Shown: one piece after another, positions 40,228-48,953 of the stretch
Position numbering within the stretch: the stretch's first letter is position 1
How the letters are laid out: every line of letters begins with the position of its first letter
Assembly: GCA_963695095.1 (NCBI GenBank)
Contig: CAVOFT010000001.1
Coordinates: forward strand, 1,472,001 to 1,536,000
Source of the DNA: an uncultured bacterium
Lineage (GTDB): Bacteria > Krumholzibacteriota > Krumholzibacteriia > JACNKJ01
DNA: 64,000 bases
Direction of reading: 5' to 3'
Program-made: the position numbers and the translations under genes
The notes under the pieces: generated by a model
Seen by the model: only the letters and a program-made list of their open reading frames with translations
The model's database searches: none
Told to the model about the DNA's origin: nothing

Positions 40228-43083
40228 ATGCTGTCTTCGGCGCCCCGGCCGCTTCGGGCGGCCCTCATCGTCCTCGCTCTGCTCAGCCTGGCCGGGCCCC
40301 TGCCCCAGGCAGCCTTCGCGCAGGCCGACGGCGCCACGCTGACCGGCGTCCTCCTCGATGCCGCTACCGGCAAGCCGCTCGCCTACGGCAACATCGTCCT
40401 GCTCGGCACGCAGTTCGGCGGCATGAGCCTGGACGACGGCACCTTCCTCATCACCCAGATCCCGCCCGGCACCTACACGGTGCGCGCCAGCTACATGGGC
40501 TACAGGATGGCCGAGCGCACGCTGGTGCGGCTGCGCAACGGCACCGTGCTCGAGATCGAGTTCGACCTCGAGCCGACGGTGATCCAGACCGAGAAGATCA
40601 CCGTCTTCGGCGAGAAACCCCTGGTGGACGTGACCGAGGCCAGCAGCACCAAGAACCTGGCGGCCGACGAGATCGGCAAGATGCCGGTGGAGACGGTGGA
40701 AGAGGTGGTGGTCACCCAGCCCGGCGTGGTCAAGCAGGACGATGAGTTGCACATCCGCGGCGGCCGCGCGGACGAGACCCTGGTGCTCGTCGACGGCGTG
40801 CCGATGAAGGACGCGCTCGCCGGCACGAGCAGCGCCAAGGGCATCGACTCCAAGTCGGTTTCCAACCTGGACCTGATCACCGGCGGCTGGCGGGCCGAGT
40901 ACGGCGACGCCATGGCGGGCGTGATCAACGTCACGCTCAAGGAGGGCGGCGAGACCTTCAGCGGCTTCGCCGAGTACGGCATCGACCACTTGCCGGGCGT
41001 GGTCACGGACTGGGAGCACTATTACACCGACACCTACAAGTTCCAGCTCAGCGGCCCGCTGCCGGGCAGCGGCACCTGGTTTCCCGGCGAGCGGCTGAGC
41101 TTCTTCGCCAACTTCGCCGGCGAGCTGCTCGACACGCGCTATCCCAACATCCGCGACATGCCGGGCGGCGGCCGCAACCTGAACACCCGCTACGAGGACA
41201 GCTTCCTCGGCCTGCCGATCATCTGGCAGAGCGGCAGCGCGGCGCCCCGACAGAACAACGAGTGGAATCTGACGGGCAAGTTCGCCTGGAAGCTGAATCG
41301 CGACCACAAGCTCAGCCTGACGATGACCAAGTACCTGGCCATGGACCAGGGCTTCGACCGCCACGACATCAGCGACCTCACGCGCGAGAGCAACAAGTAC
41401 CCCTACCAGTGGTCGCAGTACCTGGATCACTACAGTGCCTTCGTCGAGGACCGCAACACGGCCGTGCTCAACTACCGGCAGAACTTCGCCGGCAACATGT
41501 TCCAGGAGCTGCAGCTTTCCCGCTTCTTCGTGCGCATCCGCCAGAATTCGCAGCTGCCGGAGCAGGCGGACCTGCGCGACTACCTCGCCCAGTACGCGCC
41601 GCAGGTCTACGACTGGCCGGACCCGGCCCAGGGCGACGACTGGCGCTTCCATCCCTACTTCTACCTGAACGGGGACTACAACCAGTACCGCGACCGCTAC
41701 GTCGAGCGCTGGACGGGCAAGTGGGCGCTGACGAAGAAGTGGTATCCGCATCACCAGGGCAAGGTGGGCCTGGGCGTCGACTACGAGACGATCCAGAACA
41801 TCGAAATCCGCGACCCCTGGATCCAGCGCGCCGACGGACTCGGCCGCAAGGACATCTTCCGCGCTCATCCGACCAAGGCCGAGCTCTATGTCCAGGACGA
41901 CATCGAGTACAAGGGCTTCGTCGCCAACGTCGGGATGCGCTCGGACTTCTGGTTTCCCGGCCAGATGGCCGAGCGCGCGGCCCAGGCGGCCATCGACGGC
42001 ACGGCGGGGGATCTGTTCAGCGCCGAGGTCGGTGAGCAGTACTTCGCCGAGACCCAGTCCTTCTTCGGCAATCGCTACAAGTACACGGTGAGCCCGCGGG
42101 TGGCCGTCAGCTATCCGGTCAGCGAACGGGACAACCTCTTCTTCAACTACGGCCACTTCAGCCAGTGGCCCACCTACTACTACGTCTACACCCACGTCGC
42201 CAGCGGCGTGGAGGACCTCTTCGGCAATCTGGGCAACATCAACCTGGATCCGCAGATCACCATCCAGTACGAGCTGGGCGCGCGGCGCACCTTTCGCGAC
42301 GGCCTCGCGGGCGACGTGACGGTGTTCGTCAAGGACATCTTCAACTACCCGACCAGCGAGCGCTTCACGGTGCAGTACTACGATCCGGTGGAGGGCAGCA
42401 AGGAGGCCACCTACTTCCTCTACCGCAACAGCGACTACTCCCGCAGCCGCGGCGTCGAGCTCTCCCTGCGCAAGCGGCGGGGCCGCTACCTCTCCGGTTC
42501 GCTGAACTACACCTACTCCATCGCCACCGGGCGCAGCAGCGACCCCAATGCGCAGCGCGAGCAATACATCGGCGGCGCCACCGGCGAGGTCGAGCTGGGC
42601 GAGGGCTTCCTCTGGTGGAACCGGCCGCACAGCGTCAGCGCCACCTTCGACTACCGCGTGGATGAGCACCGCGGCCCGCGACTCCTCGGCCTGCCGCTGC
42701 CCGGCCACTGGGGCATCAACGGCTACTACAGCCTCTCCAGCGGTCGCGCCTACACCAAGCAGGATCTCTCGGGCCAGCCGATCAGCGAGGACTACGCGCA
42801 CAACGGACCGATCGAGCAGAATCTCAATCTGAAGCTGCAGAAGTGGGTGCTCTGGGGGAACTACCGGATCGATTTCACGCTGCAGGGGTGGAACGTCTTC
42901 AACTGGAACCAGCCGCGCAGCGTCGATCCCATGACCGGCGAGCCTTACCGGGACGGCGCCGGCAGCTACCTCAACCCGCCCACGGATCCCGATGCGCGCC
43001 TGGCCCGCTACCTGTCGCTGGCCGATCCCTCGCGCCTGGGCGCGCCGCGCCGCTTCAAGTTCAGCATGGGGGTGAACTTCTGA
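40228..43083 (+). CDS. TonB-dependent receptor-like outer-membrane protein with N-terminal CarboxypepD_reg-like domain
   Basis: PPGTYTVRASYMGY, plug HIRGGRADE...VDG, ITGGWRAEYGDAMAGVIN, SPRVAVSYP, C-terminal PRRFKFSMGVNF. Confidence 0.88.
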   Translation: MLSSAPRPLRAALIVLALLSLAGPLPQAAFAQADGATLTGVLLDAATGKPLAYGNIVLLGTQFGGMSLDDGTFLITQIPPGTYTVRASYMGYRMAERTLVRLRNGTVLEIEFDLEPTVIQTEKITVFGEKPLVDVTEASSTKNLAADEIGKMPVETVEEVVVTQPGVVKQDDELHIRGGRADETLVLVDGVPMKDALAGTSSAKGIDSKSVSNLDLITGGWRAEYGDAMAGVINVTLKEGGETFSGFAEYGIDHLPGVVTDWEHYYTDTYKFQLSGPLPGSGTWFPGERLSFFANFAGELLDTRYPNIRDMPGGGRNLNTRYEDSFLGLPIIWQSGSAAPRQNNEWNLTGKFAWKLNRDHKLSLTMTKYLAMDQGFDRHDISDLTRESNKYPYQWSQYLDHYSAFVEDRNTAVLNYRQNFAGNMFQELQLSRFFVRIRQNSQLPEQADLRDYLAQYAPQVYDWPDPAQGDDWRFHPYFYLNGDYNQYRDRYVERWTGKWALTKKWYPHHQGKVGLGVDYETIQNIEIRDPWIQRADGLGRKDIFRAHPTKAELYVQDDIEYKGFVANVGMRSDFWFPGQMAERAAQAAIDGTAGDLFSAEVGEQYFAETQSFFGNRYKYTVSPRVAVSYPVSERDNLFFNYGHFSQWPTYYYVYTHVASGVEDLFGNLGNINLDPQITIQYELGARRTFRDGLAGDVTVFVKDIFNYPTSERFTVQYYDPVEGSKEATYFLYRNSDYSRSRGVELSLRKRRGRYLSGSLNYTYSIATGRSSDPNAQREQYIGGATGEVELGEGFLWWNRPHSVSATFDYRVDEHRGPRLLGLPLPGHWGINGYYSLSSGRAYTKQDLSGQPISEDYAHNGPIEQNLNLKLQKWVLWGNYRIDFTLQGWNVFNWNQPRSVDPMTGEPYRDGAGSYLNPPTDPDARLARYLSLADPSRLGAPRRFKFSMGVNF

Positions 43084-44072
43084 TGCGCCGCGCGCTCGTC
43101 GCCCTCTGCCTGCTCGCCCTCGCCGCCGGCTCCGCGCCGGCCGTGCAGGAGCTGGGCGGCCTGCGCGTGGCAACCAGCAGCGGCACCTTCCTGAAGATCG
43201 ACATCAGCCCGCGGGCCGCGGCCATGGGCGGCGCCTGGGTGGCCGTCGCCAGCGACGCCACGGCGGTCTGGTACAACCCCGCCGGTCTGGGCCAGCTGCC
43301 CCATCGGCAGTTCTTCGCCAGCTACGTGGCCTGGCCGGCGGACATCCACTACGCCAATGCGCTCCTCAGCCTGCCGCAGCCGCTGCTCCGCGGCAACGTC
43401 GCCTTCCAGATCGGCAGCCTGAGCACGAGCATCGACGAGACGGACGAGTACCACCCCTACGGCACCGGGCGCAGCTTCCGCTTCAGCGACCTGGTGCTCG
43501 GCGCCGCCTACGCGCGCCCGATGACCGATCAGCTCTACCTCGGCGTGGCGCTCAAGTACGTCCGCGAGGATCTCGGCTCGGCCATCGGCGGGCCGGTGAC
43601 CAACGCCTGGACCGTCGACGTGGGCACGCTCTACCACATTCCCTACCTCAACACGCGCATCGGCATGGCCATCACCAACTTCGGGCCCGAGTTCAAGCCG
43701 GCGGGCAGCTACTGGAACCACAGCGAGGAGAAGAGCGAGGAGTACGAGGGCTTCCCGCCGCCCTCGACCTTCAAGCTGGGCCTGGCCTTCGAGCCCTGGA
43801 AGCGCTATCCGTGGCTGCTCACGCAGAGCCTCGAGATGAACCACCTGGCCGACAACCAGGAGACCCTGGCCACGGGCTTCGAGCTGAGCTACCTCGGCGG
43901 CCTGCTTGCGCTGCGCTCGGGCTACAACTTCATGGCCGACGAGATGGGGATCGCCGCCGGCTTCGGCGCCAACTTCATGCTCAGCGGCGCCATGGCCGGG
44001 CTCGACTACGCCTTCACCGACGGCAACAGCCTGGGCGGCATCCACCGCTGGGCGATCCGGGTGGACTTCTGA
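43083..44072 (+). CDS. PorV/PorQ (FadL-like barrel) family protein
   Basis: FLKIDISPRAAAMGGA, DATAVWYNPAGL, LRSGY, DYAF, C-terminal HRWAIRVDF. Confidence 0.85.
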   Translation: MRRALVALCLLALAAGSAPAVQELGGLRVATSSGTFLKIDISPRAAAMGGAWVAVASDATAVWYNPAGLGQLPHRQFFASYVAWPADIHYANALLSLPQPLLRGNVAFQIGSLSTSIDETDEYHPYGTGRSFRFSDLVLGAAYARPMTDQLYLGVALKYVREDLGSAIGGPVTNAWTVDVGTLYHIPYLNTRIGMAITNFGPEFKPAGSYWNHSEEKSEEYEGFPPPSTFKLGLAFEPWKRYPWLLTQSLEMNHLADNQETLATGFELSYLGGLLALRSGYNFMADEMGIAAGFGANFMLSGAMAGLDYAFTDGNSLGGIHRWAIRVDF

Positions 44073-45025
44073 TGCGCGCTCGCTCACTGCTGTCTCTGCT
44101 CGCGGCGGCCATCGTGGCCGGGGCCTGCGGCATCAAGCCCGAGCTGCCCAGCCAGATCCCGAGCACGGAGGTGCTGGGCGACGAGAGCTACGAGGTCGCC
44201 TACCGCTGGCTCGTCACCGGCGTCACCGACATGCTCGTGCATCGCAGCACGAGCATCTTCTACGTGATCCAGGACGCCGAGAGCCTCTCGATCTACCCGA
44301 CCTACAAGCGCGAAGACCTGGTGACGCCCAACCACAAGCGCATCTTCAAGGGGCTGACGGCTCCGCGGCTGCTGGCCGACGGCAGCGACCACGACTTCCG
44401 CATCTGGGTCTACGACGCGGCCGACGACCGCGTGAAGGGCTACGACGGCGGCGAGTTTCTCGACACGCTGACCGTGCAGGTGAGCTTCACCGACCCCGCC
44501 TGGCAGCAGGTGATCGCCCTGGCCGCCGATGACGCCGGGCGCGTCTTCGTCGCCGACCGCGGCCTCAATCGCATCTATCGCTACCGCGTCGGGGGCACGG
44601 CGGCCAGCCCCACGGTCAGCGCCGACGGCCAGCTCAGCTGGACCAGCCAGGCCGGCGGCGCCACGGTGCGCGACATCGCGATCGCCGCGGGCCGGCTCTA
44701 CCTGCTCGACGACGGGCTGCACACGATCCAGGCGCTGGACCCGGCCACCGGCCCCCTCAACCCGCCGCTCTTCGCCTACTTCGACGAGCTGCTGGACGAT
44801 CCGGTCGCGATCACGGCCGCGGCCGAGCACCTGTTCGTCATCAACCGGGCGGACACCACCGTCTGGGAGCTGTCAGCCCAGCTGGATCCGGAGGGCCAGC
44901 TGCGCGTCAACACGCACACCAAGGAAATCCTGCGCGCGCCGGCGGCCCTGACCGTGGTGGCCGGGCGCGTCTACGTGGCCGATCCGGAGCTGGGGAAGAT
45001 CATCGACTATGAAAAGCGCCAGTAA
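44072..45025 (+). CDS. Lipoprotein with NHL/beta-propeller repeats
   Basis: Lipobox AGAC; GRVFVADRGLNRI, GRLYLLD, GRVYVAD. Confidence 0.7.
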   Translation: MRARSLLSLLAAAIVAGACGIKPELPSQIPSTEVLGDESYEVAYRWLVTGVTDMLVHRSTSIFYVIQDAESLSIYPTYKREDLVTPNHKRIFKGLTAPRLLADGSDHDFRIWVYDAADDRVKGYDGGEFLDTLTVQVSFTDPAWQQVIALAADDAGRVFVADRGLNRIYRYRVGGTAASPTVSADGQLSWTSQAGGATVRDIAIAAGRLYLLDDGLHTIQALDPATGPLNPPLFAYFDELLDDPVAITAAAEHLFVINRADTTVWELSAQLDPEGQLRVNTHTKEILRAPAALTVVAGRVYVADPELGKIIDYEKRQ

Positions 45026-47291
45026 GCCGCGCCTGCCGCGCCGGTCCGCCCGCCGCTCGGCGGTGGCGGGCCTCGCCGCCCTGCTCGCCCTGAGCCTGAG
45101 CGGCGCGGCGCCGGAGCCCCATGCGCCCCCGGTGCCCCTCTTGCCCGCGGAGCCCGGGCCCTTCTGGGCGCGCCTGGACGAAACGCTCCTGCTCGACTAC
45201 GTCTTCAAGACGCAGAACGCGGGCAACCTGGCCCTGACCATCACGAACCACGGCTTCTTCGGCAACAACTTCGCCGAGCGGGCCGCCTCGATGGAGTACC
45301 CCAAGGGCTCCGAGGTGGACCACATGATCCGCGGCGGCCTCTGGGTCGGCGGCATCAACACCGACTTCGACACCCTGGTGACGACCGGCGTGCAGGACGG
45401 CTACTGGGGCACCTATACGCGGCCGACGGAGTGGGTGCCGGTTTCGATTCCGCCGGCCGAGCAGGCGCTGGGCTGGATTCGCGAGCGCAGCACGCTGCCG
45501 ACGAGTCCCTACTACGATCCCCTCGGCGCGATCAGCGAGCAGGACCTGGTCACGGCCTTCCTCGACACCCTGGATCACCAGCACACGCCCGAGACCGGCA
45601 ACGCCGACAACTGGCACAGCGCGAGCGGGCTCGTCGTCACGCAGGAGAGCTACGCCTGGAGCTACGAGCCCGCCGACGCCATGGTTCTCGTCAAGTGGAC
45701 GGTGGTGCCCACGCGCACGCTCTTGAACGCTCTCTTCGGCGTCTACGCGGAGATGACCACGGGCTGGAAGGGGAAGTACCCCCTGGGCACCTGGCCGCCG
45801 GCCAGCGCCAACTGGTTCTACCACCACAACGTCTACTGGCTGGACGACATGCCCGAGTACGCGGGCCTGAGCGAAGACCCCTACAACCTGATGGCCGAGC
45901 ACCACTGGACCTATGACGAGGGCCGCGCGCCCCAGCATGCCGGCATCAAGTTCCTGGGCGCCAAGTACAAGCCCGGCGGCGGCGAGTGGACGCAGGAGGT
46001 CGGCCGCGTCGCCTGGCGCTGGTGGGACTGGGAGCCGGGCAGCTACGCCCGCGACAACGACGACGAGAAGTACGCGGTGCTCAGCGAGGACGGCTTCGAC
46101 GACTGGACCGAGATCACGCCGAGTCCCGACACCTCCGGGGACAGCCCCGTCGAGCTGCTGAACGTCGGGCCCTGGGACCTCTTCCCGGGCGGGGGCGGCC
46201 AGGAGCCGGACAGCCTCGTGCTTGCCTTCGCCTTCCTGGCCGGCGACAACTTCGCGGATCTGGTGGACAACGCCCTCTACGCGCAGAAGGTCTACAGCTT
46301 CAACTTCACGGTGCCGACGCCGCCCTATTCGCCGCGCATCAAGGTGGCCACGGATGCCGGCCGCATCCAGATCCGCTGGGGCGACGGCCCCGAGCGCAGC
46401 GTGGACGCGGTGACACGCGACTACGACTTCGAGGGCTATCGCGTCTACGTCGGCCGCGGCCCCGAGGCGGGCAGCTTCGATCTGCTCACCCAGGTCGACC
46501 TGGCCGAGATCCCGGCCAAGAACCCCCTCTTTGACAGCTACTTCACGCAGGGCTGGCTGGAGGCGGCCGTCGCCCCCGAGCCACTGGACGCGGACAATGG
46601 CCAGGCCGCGCTCGATGCGCTCTGGCCGGACGCCTACAGCTTCCACTTCGGCGCCCGGGAACCCTTCCTGGTCACCGAGCCCGACTCGGTGGGCTACAAC
46701 ACGGGCTTGAGCCGGGTGCTGCTGCCCGAGGCGGAGTGGGAATACGAGGCCGCCGGCGCCGATACGATCGTCTACAAGTACGGCAGCACGCTGGCCCCGG
46801 TGAAGGATGGCCACCACTACTGGGTTGCGGTCACCAGCTACGACCTCGGCAATCCCGAGACGCCCAGCCTCGAGAGCGGCGTCGGCCAGAACCTGCTGCA
46901 CGTGGTGCCCGGCCGCAGCCCGGCGCAGGCGGCCGGACGCGGCGTCACGGTCTTCCCCAATCCCTACCGGGGCAGCGCCGTCTGGGACGCCAATCCCGCC
47001 ACCGGCCGCTACATCTGGTTTGCGGGCTTGCCGGCCCGCGCCCTGATCAAGATCTTCACCCTGGCGGGGGACCGCGTCGCCGAGATCGACTTCGACCGCG
47101 CCGAGTACCGCGGCGAGAATGCCGCCGGCCTGCTGGTAGGAGGCGAAGCGCCCCAGCTCTCGGGCACCATGGCCGCCTGGGACCTGCGCAGCGAGAGCGG
47201 CCAGCCGGTGGCCACGGGACTCTACCTCTATTCCGTCACCGACCGCGCGAGCGGCGAATCGCAGCAGGGCAAGTTCCTGATCCTGAAATGA
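45009..47291 (+). CDS. Secreted hypothetical protein with FN3-like region and VFPNPY-type C-terminal sorting domain
   Basis: Signal peptide; TITNHGFFG, YDFEGYRVY, YWVAVTSYD, VFPNPY...IKIFTLAGD...WDL...ATGLYLY...GKFLILK. Confidence 0.7.
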   Translation: MKSASKPRLPRRSARRSAVAGLAALLALSLSGAAPEPHAPPVPLLPAEPGPFWARLDETLLLDYVFKTQNAGNLALTITNHGFFGNNFAERAASMEYPKGSEVDHMIRGGLWVGGINTDFDTLVTTGVQDGYWGTYTRPTEWVPVSIPPAEQALGWIRERSTLPTSPYYDPLGAISEQDLVTAFLDTLDHQHTPETGNADNWHSASGLVVTQESYAWSYEPADAMVLVKWTVVPTRTLLNALFGVYAEMTTGWKGKYPLGTWPPASANWFYHHNVYWLDDMPEYAGLSEDPYNLMAEHHWTYDEGRAPQHAGIKFLGAKYKPGGGEWTQEVGRVAWRWWDWEPGSYARDNDDEKYAVLSEDGFDDWTEITPSPDTSGDSPVELLNVGPWDLFPGGGGQEPDSLVLAFAFLAGDNFADLVDNALYAQKVYSFNFTVPTPPYSPRIKVATDAGRIQIRWGDGPERSVDAVTRDYDFEGYRVYVGRGPEAGSFDLLTQVDLAEIPAKNPLFDSYFTQGWLEAAVAPEPLDADNGQAALDALWPDAYSFHFGAREPFLVTEPDSVGYNTGLSRVLLPEAEWEYEAAGADTIVYKYGSTLAPVKDGHHYWVAVTSYDLGNPETPSLESGVGQNLLHVVPGRSPAQAAGRGVTVFPNPYRGSAVWDANPATGRYIWFAGLPARALIKIFTLAGDRVAEIDFDRAEYRGENAAGLLVGGEAPQLSGTMAAWDLRSESGQPVATGLYLYSVTDRASGESQQGKFLILK

Positions 47292-48877
47292 GCACACCTT
47301 ACCGGGACCTTCGACCTGCCACTCCGTGCCGTCGGGCACTGGCCGCCCTTTGCGTGCTGGCGGCTCTCGGGCTAGGCGCCTGCGACGAGCAGCAGTCGCT
47401 CCTGCCCAACCAGCCGCCGCAGACCTTCCTGTCGGTGGAAGGCGGCGAGCTGGCGCCCACGCACTACCGGCAGATCCTGAGCTGGCACGGCGAGGATGTC
47501 GACGGCGAGGTGGTCCGCTTCGAGATCCAGTGGCGGCTGGACCCCGCCACGCCGCCCGTGGCCTTCGATACGACCTGGGTGGGCCTGACCCCGCCCTACC
47601 TCACGGCCACGCGCGACACCTTCTTCCTGCCCGTGCCCACGGCCGGCGCCGACACGCTCGTCCATCGCTTCCGCGTGCGGGCCGTGGACAATCAGGGGCT
47701 CGGCGATCCCGAGCCGGCGGAGCAGGCAGTGCCCGTCTTCAACCGCGCGCCGCGCCTCTGGGCCGTGACGAGCGCGGGAGACACGACGAGCACGCTCAGC
47801 CTGCCGGCCAGCATCCTGCCCGTGCTCACGATCCGCTTCAAGGTGGGGGATCCGGACAACCCGGCGACGGACCCCGAGGAGGCGCTGGCCTACATCGAGT
47901 CGGTGCGCTTCTGGTTCGAGGATCCGGATGCCGCCATCACCGTGGCCGGCACCGACACCCTGATCAGTCTCGTCCCGGCGGACTTCGGCCAGCTCGTGGG
48001 CGTCCAGCGCGAATTCCACCTGCAGGCCCGGGATCTGGGCGGGGCCCTGAGCAACGTGCTCACGGCCACGGCCTTCGTGCGGGACATCCGCCAGGCCCGG
48101 GTGCTGCTGATGGACGGTGCCGGGCAGGCCAGCCCCCAGAACCTGACCGTGGTCGACCCCTTCTGGCACGACCGGTTCACGGGCCTCTTCGCGCCGCAGG
48201 AGGTGCTCCTGCACGAGATCGCCGCCAGCGGGCCGATCGGGGCGCCGGAGAACCTGCACGCCATCTTCTCCCTCTTCGAGCTCGTCGTATGGTATAATGG
48301 GACGGATGGCGCGCCGCTCGCCTTCACGAACCCGCCCAGCCTCAACCTGCGCGCGGCCGAAGCCGGCTTGCGCGTGTACCTGGAAGGGGGAGGCAAGGTC
48401 TTGCTCGAGGGCTACAACCTGGTCGGAGCCAGCCGTGGCGCCTACTCCGGAGGCAGCTTCAGCGTCGACTTCGAGCAGGAGGTGCTCAAGGCCGACAGCC
48501 TGCAGGCCCACAACACGAGCACCGGCGGGGTGATGACCTCGAACTTCTGGGTCTTCGGACCCAAGCAGTTCCAGGGTTTCGCGACTGCCGGCACAGCGGC
48601 GCTCGGCCTTGCCGCTGGTGTCCAGCTCAAGGGCATCGATCGCCTGGCCTTGAATCCGGAGGCGCTCTCCACGGGAATCGTGGCAGAGCTCTATCGTGTG
48701 ACCGGCGACCAGACCTACCCGCCGAGCCTCTTCGCGGGGGCCGTGGGGGTCAGGCGCCATTTCGAGTCGGGCGGTCAGCTCGTGCTGCTGACCTTCCCGA
48801 TCAGCCTGACCTGGAGCAACGACAACGTGCTCGATCAGGTCCGGGGATTCTGCGAGGAATTCGGCGTCCTGCCCTAG
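47288..48877 (+). CDS. Lipoprotein, hypothetical (Ig/FN3-like N-terminus, GATase-like C-terminal region)
   Basis: Lipobox LGAC; NQPPQT, WHGEDVDG, FRVRAVDNQG, YLEGGGKVLLEG. Confidence 0.6.
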   Translation: MSTPYRDLRPATPCRRALAALCVLAALGLGACDEQQSLLPNQPPQTFLSVEGGELAPTHYRQILSWHGEDVDGEVVRFEIQWRLDPATPPVAFDTTWVGLTPPYLTATRDTFFLPVPTAGADTLVHRFRVRAVDNQGLGDPEPAEQAVPVFNRAPRLWAVTSAGDTTSTLSLPASILPVLTIRFKVGDPDNPATDPEEALAYIESVRFWFEDPDAAITVAGTDTLISLVPADFGQLVGVQREFHLQARDLGGALSNVLTATAFVRDIRQARVLLMDGAGQASPQNLTVVDPFWHDRFTGLFAPQEVLLHEIAASGPIGAPENLHAIFSLFELVVWYNGTDGAPLAFTNPPSLNLRAAEAGLRVYLEGGGKVLLEGYNLVGASRGAYSGGSFSVDFEQEVLKADSLQAHNTSTGGVMTSNFWVFGPKQFQGFATAGTAALGLAAGVQLKGIDRLALNPEALSTGIVAELYRVTGDQTYPPSLFAGAVGVRRHFESGGQLVLLTFPISLTWSNDNVLDQVRGFCEEFGVLP

Positions 48878-48953
48878 CCGGTCGGGGCGCCCGGGCCGTC
48901 TGGCCCAGCGAGCGTACAGCCTTGCCGTAACATCGTCAGCCTAGGGGGCGCAC

